This document shows, piece after piece, positions 25,001 through 35,145 of a stretch of DNA of 64,000 bases. Each line of letters opens with the position of its first letter. The first letter of the stretch is position 1. The DNA is from Pseudogymnoascus verrucosus (Eukaryota), in NCBI GenBank assembly GCA_001662655.1, contig KV460233.1; one strand, written 5' to 3'. Below the pieces are notes generated by a model that was not told the DNA's origin, searched no databases, and saw only the letters and a list, made by a program, of their open reading frames with translations. The position numbers and the translations under genes are program-made.

Positions 25001-26945
25001 GCGAGCGGTGTTAAAGAAGCATGATAACCTTCGCGTTGCATCGAATTTGACCGGATTCGTGCCAATCATTGGAGACGCCATTGTTCAAGGAGAAGAGGAA
25101 ATCAAGATTTCTGCCTTCCGTTTACTTACAACGATTGTCAAGGTTCAGATGAAGGCGACGCATGATGGCAGCAACCTTTACAAGGTCGCTGCCGCTGAAG
25201 CTCTCAGGAGCATCAGTGCCTCTTCATCAACCACGTCCGACGTTTCTCAAGCTGGCCTGAAGCTTGTCTCTGTCATTCTCCGCGACAGAAACGATATTCC
25301 AATTAAAGATTCGGCCGTCGATGGGTTGCTTTCGAGGCTGAGGGAAGACATGACCGATCCAGAACGCCGCCATGTGACGTTCAATTTCTTGCGCGCCGTT
25401 TTGGATTCGAAGCTTGAAAGCGCCGTTGTTTACGATACAATGGACTATGTTGGGACAGTAATGGTGACGAACGATGATAAGGATACCAGAGACCTAGCTC
25501 GTGGTGCTTATTTCCAGTTCCTCCGCGAGTACCCGCAAAAGAAGAACAGATGGCAGAAGCAATTGGCATTCATTGTTGCCAATCTGAACTACGAGCGAGA
25601 GGGAGGCAGACTGTCTATTCTCGAAGTACTACACCTCTTACTCTCCAAGTCGTCGAACGATTTCATCCAGGAAGTCTCGGCAACTTGCTTCGTGCCCCTT
25701 GTTTTCGTTCTTGCCAACGACGACAGTGAGAAGTGCCGTATGGCAGCTGGCGAAATTATCAAGGAAATCTTCCGCAAAGCCGACAGCGAACACATCACCA
25801 CGTTCTTGAACCTCCTGAGATCCTGGATCAGGCAAGAAGACAATACCGCAGTTCAACGTTTGGCTTTCCAAAGCTACGGCTTTTACTACGAAGCCCAAGA
25901 CTCCCCGCCAGATAACGACGTGAATGAGCTACAAACTTGCATCCAGCACTCGTTAAAGAACTCAAATGGGACAGAGTCCGACTGGGAACTTCTCTACTCC
26001 GCTTTGCAATTAGCGACGACACTGTGTGACAAGTTTCCAGCACGACTTTTGGCTGCAGGTGCCGTTGATATGTGGGCTTCGATACGCACTTGCCTAACAT
26101 ATCCTCACGCATGGGTCAAACTATCTTCGGCAAAGTTGATGGGAGTATACTTCACTGACTTTGCACGCGCCAACATGGAGTCTGGGCTGTCCGAACTGCC
26201 ATTGGTTGGATCTAAGGGCCTTTCTTTGGATGCAGACGACATTAGAGATCTCATCCGCCGAACTGCTAGCATGTTCAAGACTCCCGGGTTGACAGAGTTA
26301 CTCGCCAATGAGATTGTCAAGAACTTGAACTTCCTGGGCCGTATCGCCGCATCCAGTTCCTTGAAATGGAAGAAACCGCAGGCAGACGACGATGTTTCTG
26401 ACGACGAAGAAGAAGGAACCGTCCGCGAAGATGGGAAGAAGCTAACAGCTCTCAACTACATCTTTGGAAGAATATCTTTCATCCTACGACGTGAAAGCTC
26501 TCCGCCACGAGCAGCAGTTCTGGTCCCCAAGACTGCAGCTCTGAAGCTGTCTCAGATGCTTTGCGCCAAACTAGATGCCGAGACTCTGGCCCCTTGCCTT
26601 GCGACCATACTGTTGCCACTCCACAACTTGACCGATCGAAACATTCCAGTGCCATACTCCACAGATGATCTGTTCAAGTCCAACTATGAGAATATCAAGA
26701 CCGAGTGCACGGAACTCATGGAGCAATTAAAAATCAAGTGTGGCACATCTATCTACACGGAGCAGCTACTTAAGGTCCGACAAGGCGTCAGAGAGCGCCG
26801 AGAGCAGCGTTCGAGTAAGCGCAAGATCGAAGCTGTTTCGGCGCCTGAGAAGTTTGGCAAGGATAAGCAGAAGAAGGTTGAGAGGAAGAAGGAGAGGAGG
26901 AAGGAGAAGGGAATGGAGCACAGAGATTTGCGAAGGGGCTTTTAA
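19014..26945 (+). CDS. UTP20: SSU processome HEAT-repeat protein Utp20 (DRIM domain)
   Basis: Single-exon 2643-aa ORF; N-terminus HRWESF...WQELN...LPQILH; DRIM-like region LEIQKSALKAILTW...PYEENLLNLLD. Confidence 0.93.
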   Translation: MPSTSSGRIVKTSKGKKGTAHSKNHRWESFTAKVSKLNSLDPLRRVRRHDLDSEDLGATTSYFKAGLERWQELNMSERFIQFSYDVSPMCDSLPQILHFEDKIMDLLVSFLEAKERESIEPLLSLLTDFAHDLGLRFEKFYARALSLVTDIAGTKQDVEVIEWSFTCLAFLFKYLSKLLVMDLRPTYDLMAPLLGKERQQPHIARFAAEAMSFLIKKASAPAIREKALPVIICHAKTDLEKTIGTREYGLYYHGIMTMFAESMKGNGLSIHSSAPATLDSMFAQYSYSEETEETYWAWGDVICGVLTSLVHHTSSDTLGEIIDTVLAHSEGVVKSFEKSRTPESFKQLMLSSKAIGVIGGVRKGSRVANWKPFLSSISDILQALSRTTGASFYDDHDRIIWESVILTTSMALQYSPMDALIPYAPRFLDSLAREPMARWFLMFCSYFTKVDVERFRSIIMPYFQKFIVTHWSDKENEDTLCVLVPKMVSSGVFISSTGGKDGFNIPQSWQDQMVSKFERLEVSPFPEQASPTSYGSGTKTWHDRCLPRYYALLSIMDCTTAHPSTNARIAEILQRKLKLALRPSSAIEPEESRFIAGRGFEAFSRMTKAAGEVDISLEPLLRAAAPRYARLPGFLHALLSYLTSLKQSPSYKPAADTWSTNGSEDADSLIEALILNLSTNSHDLRLLSLRLLDHLYTASTNVASDAISTMILIEQTPLDLQTARSASMNIRRLAALHRTHVSDRILYRAIPHFCFGMLTVKFAQLWEDACAALSEIAQTAKEEDVIAEIVFSWLEAPSALWDGSARNVEHAQNSGLTDFECSNLINLRKLASEVETEAKDARDVMIRQFEESQELVAPQPPMARAQALRVLASVTSIAERRSRQFIPMFLSWANKEGEPYQSDEDPINISNWTRKDQKSQLDLLQKFHNPRVLFRATEVFDALLGLLTNGDLEIQKSALKAILTWKIPSVRPYEENLLNLLDEARFKDELTILLQGDSRIQFEHRQELMPILLRILYGRAISKKGAASGRQGMLATRLTILRNLSVEDIGSFLQIALGELKDIDVISQSRDELFDKEILSARKQLGFMNMMEGTLKELGTKMSPYTSQLLSAVLYCLVYSSRQLQRSPDSIDDEEDFTSQTSLLKSVRQTGFKCLVLMFTNDSTFDWSLYMDLIMSELISPRLAKLPIETAQSISGVLQLLYTWSLSPKTVLFLGEDDQTLVTVAECLAQPKSKDQVRLFALSIIDNVVGIAKSDLPENEDLTGRVKTSLLSKNMDSFLVPIGDVLRRQQDISKGLLEACVETISGLAQFVTQSTQAHNLVDITTFLLDQPTRRVNPKTKSGLLLVLEHFVPLYDLQDDSELKDRVYNTVTSLFGFFRDRSSREVLSRVLIVYSRKDPVLEEVAELCVSLNSFAEGRLDEPDYDRRLKAFNLISAPRENQFTAHQWRPLLYNFLYYIRHDEEFGVLSSNSSDAICNFLDSASKATDATESSTFYDMLSSILVPAIFTGAREASEIIRREYVKVMAHVVKTYPDWTEVNDMHTLLRGDDELEGSFFNNILAAGKGRQSNALTQLSTASKDGLISSKNTAHFFIPLLEHFIFDRAEGNDAHNLAAEATTCVGILAESLDWPQYRAILRRFTGYIATKPTLEKQIIRLLGKVIESLAVAADSKHSIVDAEANDTAMEVDDAPTKPSLSTLAKSLPKEQKFYDDLTGNILPPLIDYLHHKDETTVSLRTPVAVIAVRVLKLLPHDQMAEKLPAVLTDICQILRSKAQEARDMTRQTLTDICVLLGPSCFGFVLKELRGALARGSQLHVLSYTMHSILVATIPLYSPGDLDYCLPSIVAIIMDDIFGITGQEKDAEEYVSKMKEVRSSKSQDSMELIAKTATLSRLTDLVRPIQVLLKEKLNLKMVRKIDELLNRISSGLLKNSAAKSRDSLIFCYEVIQDVYNSNKPQAKVKEDYRLKKYLIQKGAKRGSNQGSTTVYTYKLVRFAFDVLRAVLKKHDNLRVASNLTGFVPIIGDAIVQGEEEIKISAFRLLTTIVKVQMKATHDGSNLYKVAAAEALRSISASSSTTSDVSQAGLKLVSVILRDRNDIPIKDSAVDGLLSRLREDMTDPERRHVTFNFLRAVLDSKLESAVVYDTMDYVGTVMVTNDDKDTRDLARGAYFQFLREYPQKKNRWQKQLAFIVANLNYEREGGRLSILEVLHLLLSKSSNDFIQEVSATCFVPLVFVLANDDSEKCRMAAGEIIKEIFRKADSEHITTFLNLLRSWIRQEDNTAVQRLAFQSYGFYYEAQDSPPDNDVNELQTCIQHSLKNSNGTESDWELLYSALQLATTLCDKFPARLLAAGAVDMWASIRTCLTYPHAWVKLSSAKLMGVYFTDFARANMESGLSELPLVGSKGLSLDADDIRDLIRRTASMFKTPGLTELLANEIVKNLNFLGRIAASSSLKWKKPQADDDVSDDEEEGTVREDGKKLTALNYIFGRISFILRRESSPPRAAVLVPKTAALKLSQMLCAKLDAETLAPCLATILLPLHNLTDRNIPVPYSTDDLFKSNYENIKTECTELMEQLKIKCGTSIYTEQLLKVRQGVRERREQRSSKRKIEAVSAPEKFGKDKQKKVERKKERRKEKGMEHRDLRRGF

Positions 26946-27251
26946 TCTCTTGTATATAGGATGCTATGCGGTGTATGGAGTTATACATGCCGGGGTTTGG
27001 AGGCATGGCACATGATTGATATAGAGTTCATTATGTGGGTTTGTTAGTTGTTGCGATATATATGTAGTTCTATATCCTGACTATATTGTTGATTTATACA
27101 GCTTCTCGTACAAGTGTTATACAACCTATCTTACAAATCTATGTGTGACAACCTCCAATAATACTACATGCTGGGCATTATATGCCAATCGTGGATATAT
27201 CGTGCCCCTATTCAAACAGTCGCCATCATCACCCGTGAAATTCGTGTCGCC

Positions 27252-27871
27252 TTATAGTTTCTCGGTAGGGGCTGCCACTTCTTGGACCTTTGCCCCCTCG
27301 CCCTCTCCCGTAGGCTTGGGCCTATCGGTTACAGTTCCATCGGCCCATATCTCAAAATCCCCATCCTCGCTCAACGTTCCCTTCTTAACCAGCTGGCCCT
27401 GCTCTCGGATTATATCCTCGATTGTCATTGATTTATCGCCAAAGATCTGCAGTTTCAAGTCAGCGTCGGTCACCATAATCAAATCATCTATAGCACATCC
27501 CCAAGCCGACATAAACAGGTAACATCCGAACTTACATTTAGATGGTCGCTAATAACGTGTCTGTTCTTGCACCCCGGGCAACTTATCAGCACGCTCCCCT
27601 TATGGTACCCCTGCTTCGAGACTCGATGTGTCGAGCGCGTGGAGCACGGCTTGCAGGTAAAGGTCATCTCATATGCAGGCTGATCGGCCGGGGCTTCTGT
27701 GGTTTTGCGAGGGATTTCGAAGGGTTTAATAGCGTTTCGTAGGCTGGGCGTGGCGAAGAAGTGGAGGGGCCGAGAGATGGGTTTCTGGAATACCGCTATC
27801 CTGGGGGCAGACTTAAAGTCTTGTAGGGCTATCCGCCGCAAAAGGCGAAAGGCGGCTTGTCGTGGTAACAT
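27252..27871 (-). CDS. ZIM17: Mitochondrial DNL zinc-finger chaperone Zim17/Tim15/Hep1
   Basis: Exons 27871-27536 and 27446-27252; Arg-rich presequence; FTCKPC...CPGCKNRHVISDHL|NIF. Confidence 0.92.
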
Positions 27872-28290
27872 ATTTGGTTGTGGTGAGGTTGGCTGGCAAC
27901 TTATTGTTGGTGCGGATGTTCGTGAGAAGTGAAATTCAACACCAAACCATTGGGATGACGTTTTGGGGAACAATAAAATGTGAACCTTAAACACTAGCGG
28001 TTCCTTACCCGCCAAGCCGCTAGTCCTTCAACTCCGTCCCTCCGAAAGTTACAGAAGTCGGCCGCATGGCTTCAAACGCTAGGATAAAGTATAATCCGAA
28101 TCTTAGGCTTCTGGGGCCTGTCAAGAGGGAACCATGTTTACCATCTCGATATTAAGATCGATCTGCTTCTGTGGTCTATTGCCACTCTCACCGGGGCAAC
28201 TTCACGACAGACGCACAAAGACCAGCTCCGTTGGCTGGCATTCTATGCTTTGGCTTCTGAATACTTCATCTGTGCAGAATGACCTTTGTG

Positions 28291-28670
28291 TGCCAAATCT
28301 TTGAGGATTCACTACCCCGCCACTAGATCAAGAGACTGTTGCGCAGTGCCCAAGTGACGGGAAATATCAATTTCGGACTTCACGGCCTGATTCGGAAACA
28401 TGATTTCTGGCCGTGGTAGAGGTGGTAAAATCCGCCCACCAAGACGTGTAAGTTCACTTGTTGTTTATCTCACAAATTCATTCCTCAACGACTGCCCAAA
28501 TTGAGGACTCACTGCCCCTCCACTGGAGCACGACACTGTTGCGCAAAGTGCCCAACTGTTGGGAAATATCAATTCCTGTCTTCACGGCCTGATTCAGAAA
28601 CATGGCGTCTGCCCTTGACAAAGCAGTTGCTCAGGCTCTGAAGCTATCCCTAGCTGGATCGAGTGTAATG
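28291..28670 (+). repeat. Tandem duplication (offset about 200 bp) of the CUL3 5'UTR plus first coding exon
   Basis: 28301-28402 versus 28501-28604: about 14 substitutions and one 2-nt indel by eye (about 85% identity). Both copies end in GAAACATG, and codon-level similarity continues past the ATG. Confidence 0.9.
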
Positions 28671-31328
28671 GGCAAAATTCACCTTTCTCGGTTTCCACAC
28701 TTGTTACTTGGCTACACAGAGGCTAACTTTATCACAGCATGCCCTCGGTGGCAGGACCGACCAGGATGATTTTGAGTCAATTTGGAGCGCAATCTGTGTT
28801 GCCCTTCGGGAAATCCACACTCGAAATGCCTCCCAAATCTCATTCGAACAGCTCTATCGCCTAGCATACAAAATCGTCCTACAGAAGAACGGCGATAAGC
28901 TATATGAGCGTGTCAAGGAGTTTGAGGAACAGTGGTTTGCCGAAGAGGTCATGCCGAAGATCAGATCACTAATCACCAGAAACCATACCGGCTTGACCGT
29001 TGGCGGAGGGTCCAGCTCGACAGCAACCGAGAGGAGGATATCCGGTGAGAAGTTCCTGAAGGGGCTTAAGTCGTCGTGGGAAGATCACATTCTCTGCATG
29101 AACATGACAGGCGACGTTCTCATGTATATGGATCGTGTGTACTGTACGGACAATCGGAGGCCATCGATCTTCACCACTTGCATGGGGCTATTCAGAGACC
29201 ATATCCTGCGCTCCAAGCTCGTTGAGTCTGACCTAGACCTCAGCACTTTTGACATCCTGAACTCTGTTCTCCTCGATATGATTCAAATGGAGCGCGAAGG
29301 CGACGTTATCGACAAGAATTTAGTCCGATCCTGCATGTACATGCTTGAGGGACTCTACGAAACCGATGAAGATGACGAGAACGAGAAACTGTATTTGACC
29401 GTCTTCGAGCCGAAGTTCTTGAACTCCAGCAGGGCATTCTATCAAAAAGAATGTATGATGCTATTGCGAGAATCGGATGCCGGCACCTGGCTTCGTCAGA
29501 CTCAGAAACGCTTGATGGAAGAGGCTGACAGATGCAAAACTACGATTTCGCCATTGACTGCGCAGAAAATTGCGGAGGTCATTGATACTGAAATGATCGG
29601 AAGCCATTTGAACGAATTCATTCAATTGGAAAGCAGTGGTGTCAAGTCAATGATCATGAACGATCGATTTGATGAGCTTGCTCTTTTATACCAAAACATC
29701 TCTCGTATTGACCCGAAGAAAGCAGCCTTGCGCGATGCTCTACAGGGACGTGTGATGGAAATGGGCTGTGATATCAACAATACCATCGCCAATACCGATT
29801 TCTCTGAGAAGGCTCCGGTGGCTGAAGATGCCGACAAAGCTGCGAAGGGCAGAGTTCCACCGCCTAACCCGGCTGCTCAACAGACTGCGGCAGCCATCAG
29901 ATGGGTTGACGAGGTGTTGCAGCTCAAGGACAAGTTTGAGAACATGTGGGAGAAGTGCTTCGAGAGCGACCTGATCTTGCAGACTGCGTTGACAAAGAGC
30001 TTCTCTGATTTCATCAACCTATTCGATCGCAGCTCCGAATACATTTCGCTGTTTGTCGATGTGAACCTGAAGAGCGGCATTAAAGGCAGAACCGAAGCTG
30101 AAGTGGACGCCGTCCTCGACAAGGCGACTACGTTGCTTCGTTACGTGCAGGACAAGGATATGTTCGAGCGCTACTACAAGAAACATCTCGCGCGCCGCCT
30201 GTTGCATGGCAAGTCGGAGAGTGCAGAAGTGGAGAAGCAAATGATTTCTCGCATGAAGCAGGAAGTTGGCAATTACTTCACCACTAAACTCGAAGGAATG
30301 TTCAAGGATATGACCATGTCAGAAGAACTGACTTCGAACTACCGAACCCACATTCAGGGTCTCGGCGAAAGGGACAGGAAGCAGATTGACCTTGGCATTA
30401 ACGTCTTGACCACAAACCACTGGCCAATGGAGGTTATGGGTGCTGCGCAGGCACGCTCGGAAGACGGCCGTGTTCAGCAGTGCGTCTGGCCACCTGAAAT
30501 CAAGCATTTGCAAGACAGCTTCACGAAGTTCTACATGAAGAAGCACAATGGACGTCAGCTGACCTGGCTCCCATTCAGCGGATCCGCCGACATCCGTTGC
30601 GTTTTCCCGAAGATCCCAGGCAAGGAAGGCATACTTGGCCGCGAGCGGAAGCATGAACTCACAGTTCCAACTCTCGGCATGATCGTCTTGTTGCTGTTCA
30701 ATGACCTCGAGGAAGGCGAGTCTCTCTCGTTCGAGGAGATCAGAGAGCGTAGTCGCATCGAGTCGAAGGATCTCCAGCGCATTTTGCCTTGTCTTGCGAT
30801 TTTACCAAAAGCCAAGGTCCTGAACAAGGATCCCCCTACGAAGAATCTCAAGCCTACTGATCGCTTTTCGTTCAATGCTGCGTTTACCAGCAAGTCGGTC
30901 AAGATCAAGGCTCCGACCGCTACGGGCATAAACAAGGTGGAGGGAACTGAGGAGCGAAAGCAGACGGAGAGTAAGAACGACGAGATGAGAGGTGGTGTGA
31001 TCGAGGCTGCGATTGTTCGCATTATGAAGTAAGTTTAAAATTCTTTTTACTCCCATCTTTAACCACAGACATTATCCAAGCATTCACTCGCGTCAATCAC
31101 CTACAGAATCCTTCCAAAACTCAGTCTCTACTCTACTAACACACAACTCCCAGGCAACGCAAGCAACTCGAGCACCAACAGCTCCTCACCGAAGTGATTA
31201 CTCAACTCACCAGCCGCTTCCGCCCCGACCTCAACATGGTCAAGAAGCGAATCGAGAGTCTGATCGAGCGCGAATACCTGGAGCGCGTGGAGGATGTCGA
31301 GAGGCCAACATATAGATACCTGGCATGA
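28400..31328 (+). CDS. CUL3: Cullin-3
   Basis: Exons 28400-28447 ([16 protein letters not shown]), 28738-31028 and 31154-31328, giving 837 aa. Motifs [25 protein letters not shown], neddylation site AAIVRIMK, C-terminus YRYLA. Confidence 0.95.
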
Positions 31329-32762
31329 TTTTATGGGGATCAATGATCGGAGTTACGTGGCCATCTGCGCTGAAGGTTTGCGGTGCATTGCTCGGGCGTC
31401 GGCATCTGGGGTTTGGTGTTTGAGAGGTGGGTTGGGTTAGCATGGGGAACCTAGATATGACGGGGGTTGGGAGGAGCTCCTTAGGTTACTCTGTATGAGA
31501 ACAATGAGATATATGACATGGGGAAGCAGATAGAGACCATAGGCCAAATTCTATGTTCCAGACTTCTTCAAACTAGCCTCGGTGGAGGTGCCTATTTCTC
31601 TGCATCTTCTTTTACCGTAGCCAGAAGCCGAACGACGCCGCTTGGTCTCCAATAACAGTACCGCGGCATAAACACGAGCGAGATAAATGCTTCCCCTATC
31701 CCAAACACAAACAAGCGCAGACTTCGTAAGCTTTCTCACGATTCATCCAGCTCGCGTGTCAACGCGACGTGAGAATCCCAGTCGTCATCCTCCCTGGTTC
31801 CGCGATCCCAATTATCAGCGCATGTCATATTCCGCACCTAGCTCACCTAGTTCACCCCAATACGATAATTTGGGAGATTTAACGGCACGGCCGCCTGTGT
31901 GCCGTGCGGGGAACACCAAAATCCACCAGAGGCGTCGCGGTACGTTTCCGCGCGACTCCAATTTTTTGGCATTTTAGGATGGTAGCAAGACTCTTGGAGG
32001 GGGAGCAGCTCCGCACGAGGCGCAGTAGAGCGGCCTAGAATCCGCGATATGAGTACTAGATTATTTATTTTCTGTGGATGGGGTTGGTAATTTGGGGGCT
32101 GAGATAGGAGGAGATGGATGCTGGTGAGGTCGTAAACTCTGGTTGTGGATCCGCTGTGTGGAGAATTTTATGGTTTATGTTGGGGTATGGGGAAGTGTCG
32201 TGCGGGGTATGACAGTGCATATCAAACTTCCCCGGTGGTTCGCCGAATGGATTCGTTATACCAACCAGACTATACCCAAATATGCTTACTACATGCTTCA
32301 AAGCAAGGGGGATTTTATTATGAATAATAATGCAACACACGCGGCAGTGAAGATCAACGCTTTTTAAACTCCAACAAGGCTAGACGCTCCCACGAACCTG
32401 CATAGTCTTATCCCCCCTCCCCCCAATCCACGTTCCCCCACAGTCTCCCCCGCAGTATCACAGCAGCGGGTTGCAGTTGCGGGACATGTCCGTTGTCGAA
32501 ACATGGATTGTCGTCGCGCTACTGTGAGACATCGCCATACTAGTGGCTGGGATATTGGACTAACTACATGAACTACTGTAAGCATTGTGCAGTGTGGGGA
32601 AGTTGAGAGGGGGTAAAAAGGTGGGTGTTACCCCAGAGTCTCGGGTTTTTTTAATATAACTATTCTTCAAGGTCCCTCCTTACTTGGTTAAAGACTTGGG
32701 TGTGAGAAAGCTTCGTCGAAATTTCTATCACAAGTCCATAGCTGTGTGAAAGGTTTGCCGCG

Positions 32763-34411
32763 ATGGCAACCTCGACTTCCCCACGACTAAGCCTATCCGA
32801 TGTTGAAAAACTGCCAGCATCAGTAGCACACCATGAGACCTACGCCGATCTCCCTCCTATGGACCCAGTCGCCCTGAGGAAACTCACGCGCAAATGCGAC
32901 TTACACGTCGTCCCACCGCTCTTCGTCCTCTTCCTCCTCGCCTTCCTCGACCGAACAAACATTGGGAATGCGAAAATCCAAGGCCTGGAAGCTGGTCTCG
33001 GCCTCTCGGGTCCTCAATATAACATCGCGTTGTTCATCTTCTTCGTGCCATACATCCTGTTCGAGGTGCCGAGTAATATCTTGCTGAAGAAGATTGCACC
33101 GAGCACATGGCTCTCGTCGATTATGTTTTTATGGGGTCAGCATATCCGGAGATTTTATACCAGCCCCTTCTGACATTATCAGGGATTGCGACGATGGGAC
33201 AGGGGCTTATTAAGGACTTTGGTGGGATAGTTGGGATGAGGTTCGTGTTGGGGGTTTTCGAGGCTGGCTTGTTTCCAGGTAAGTCAATTGCCATTGCCTC
33301 ATCGCTGAAAGACTTAATATTAATTCAAACAGGGTGCATCTACCTAATCTCGATGTATTACGAACGTTACGAGCTACAATGGCGACTTAGTCTATTTTTC
33401 TCCGCTAGCATCATCGCCGGTGCCTTCGGTGGGCTTCTGGCATATGGCTTGGTCAAGATGGACGGACTCGGCGGATACGAGGGGTTCAGATGGATTTTCA
33501 TAATCGAGGGTCTAGCCACGGCAGTCATTGGCGCTCTCTCGAAGTTCTGGATTGTGGATTGGCCAGAGACTGCCAAGTTCCTCACCGATGAGGAGAGAGC
33601 CATGCTCATCCGCAAGCTTGCGGTTGATGTTGGTGATGCTCGCATGGACAGGTTGGATAGCAAGAGTATCAAGAGGACGTTGTTGGACTGGAAGATCTGG
33701 TGTGGGACCTTGTATGTTCCCCTTCCCCCAGACCGCAAGAGCAAGAGTGAGTGTACTGACTTTACTCCGTTTAGGATGTACATGGGCGCCCTCGTAACAG
33801 GCTACGCAACCTCCTTCTTCATCCCAACAATCATCAAGCAAATGCACTACACCGCTGCTCAATCCCAGCTGCGCGCAATCCCCATTTTCGTCGTCGCAGC
33901 AGCAGCCTGTCTCATGGTCGCCGTCGCCGCCGACCGACTTAAGCATCGCTACAGCTTCATCATCGCCGGCTGCCTCATCGGCATAGTTGGCTACGCCATC
34001 CTCCTCAACCTCGACAATGTGAACGTCGCCACCCGCTACATGGCAGCCTTCTTCATCACTACAGGCGGATTCATGGCACAGCCCGTTACCCTGGCCTGGC
34101 TGGCCAACCAGATGGGTGGGCACTACAAGCGCTCGATCGGGTCAGCGGTGCAGATTGGATTTGGGAATCTGGGTGGGATTGTGGCGTCGAATATCTTTTT
34201 GAAGAAGGAGGAGCCGCATTATCCTGTTGGGTTTGGGACGGCGTTGGGGTTCTTGGGGTTGACGATTATTACTTCGACGGTTTTTTACATTGGGTTGAAG
34301 TTGGAGAATAGGAAGAGGGAGGCGGGCGGGAGGGATTATAGGTATCAGGAGGAGGCGAGTGAGTTGACGAATATGGGAGATGACCACCCAAGCTTTAGGT
34401 TTACTTATTAG
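32763..34411 (+). CDS. MFS transporter, allantoate/nicotinate (Dal5/Tna1-like ACS) family
   Basis: LAFLDRTNIGNA, FEVPSN, RFVLGVFEAG, WIFIIEG, GHYKR; introns about 33136-33182, 33279-33332 and 33712-33774. Confidence 0.9.
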
Positions 34412-35145
34412 GCGGGTAATACCTAGTTTTGTTATCGAATTTTTGTTCCTTCCAAATCACCTGTCATTGTCGAGTTCTGTTCCTGCAGGTATGCTTGCTG
34501 TTGTTGCATCAATTTCTGTTCCTGCAGGAATACATGCTCCTGTATCGAATTTCCGCCTCTTTCGGAATACCTGCTGTCTATAACCGCTTTGACTTTGTTT
34601 CCAGCAGTAAACGGTCGACATTAGAATTCATCCGCCGGGTCATCTCAAGCACATGCGAACATATCCCCTATTATACCAGCTCGACCAACCCATTCGAAAC
34701 ACAGAAAGCGCAATGCATGACACAATTCAATGCGCCCCCCAAGACAATCGGCCTGAGCAAACACAAACTCCAGGCAAACTTTATATTAATGTCAGTGAAA
34801 GCTATGATAGAAAGCCCCGTTTACCGTTATGGATAATCGTCGGCTCGGTAAATTAGAATTCCCCCGCGTATTAAATCATTCCTGCATGGGTTAATCGGTC
34901 AATCGGTCAATGAAATGCCTCGGTTGGCAGCTCCACGTGAAGAAACCCCTCTTAAGTTCGTCCCGAAGTGGTCAGCTACGGTCAGCCGTTGGCGTCCTTA
35001 TTCTAAGGGTCGTCATCCCTTATTTAATTCTGGAATCTTTGGGATTATATACATATACTTCATCTCTGAGATATACATTTCCTGTGAAATACAGGATCTA
35101 TTTCACCTATCCCATTCCTAATTGACATATATACACTCATTCAAC

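Noticed and set aside
28708..28737. ORF-track TTG start for CUL3 ([10 protein letters not shown])
   Set aside because: It lies in the intron (branch GCTAAC, acceptor CAG at 28737); the real first exons are upstream.
31330..32760. Long intergenic region as possible telomerase RNA or TPP riboswitch upstream of the MFS gene
   Set aside because: No TAACCCTAA template and no TPP aptamer consensus seen; probably promoter sequence.
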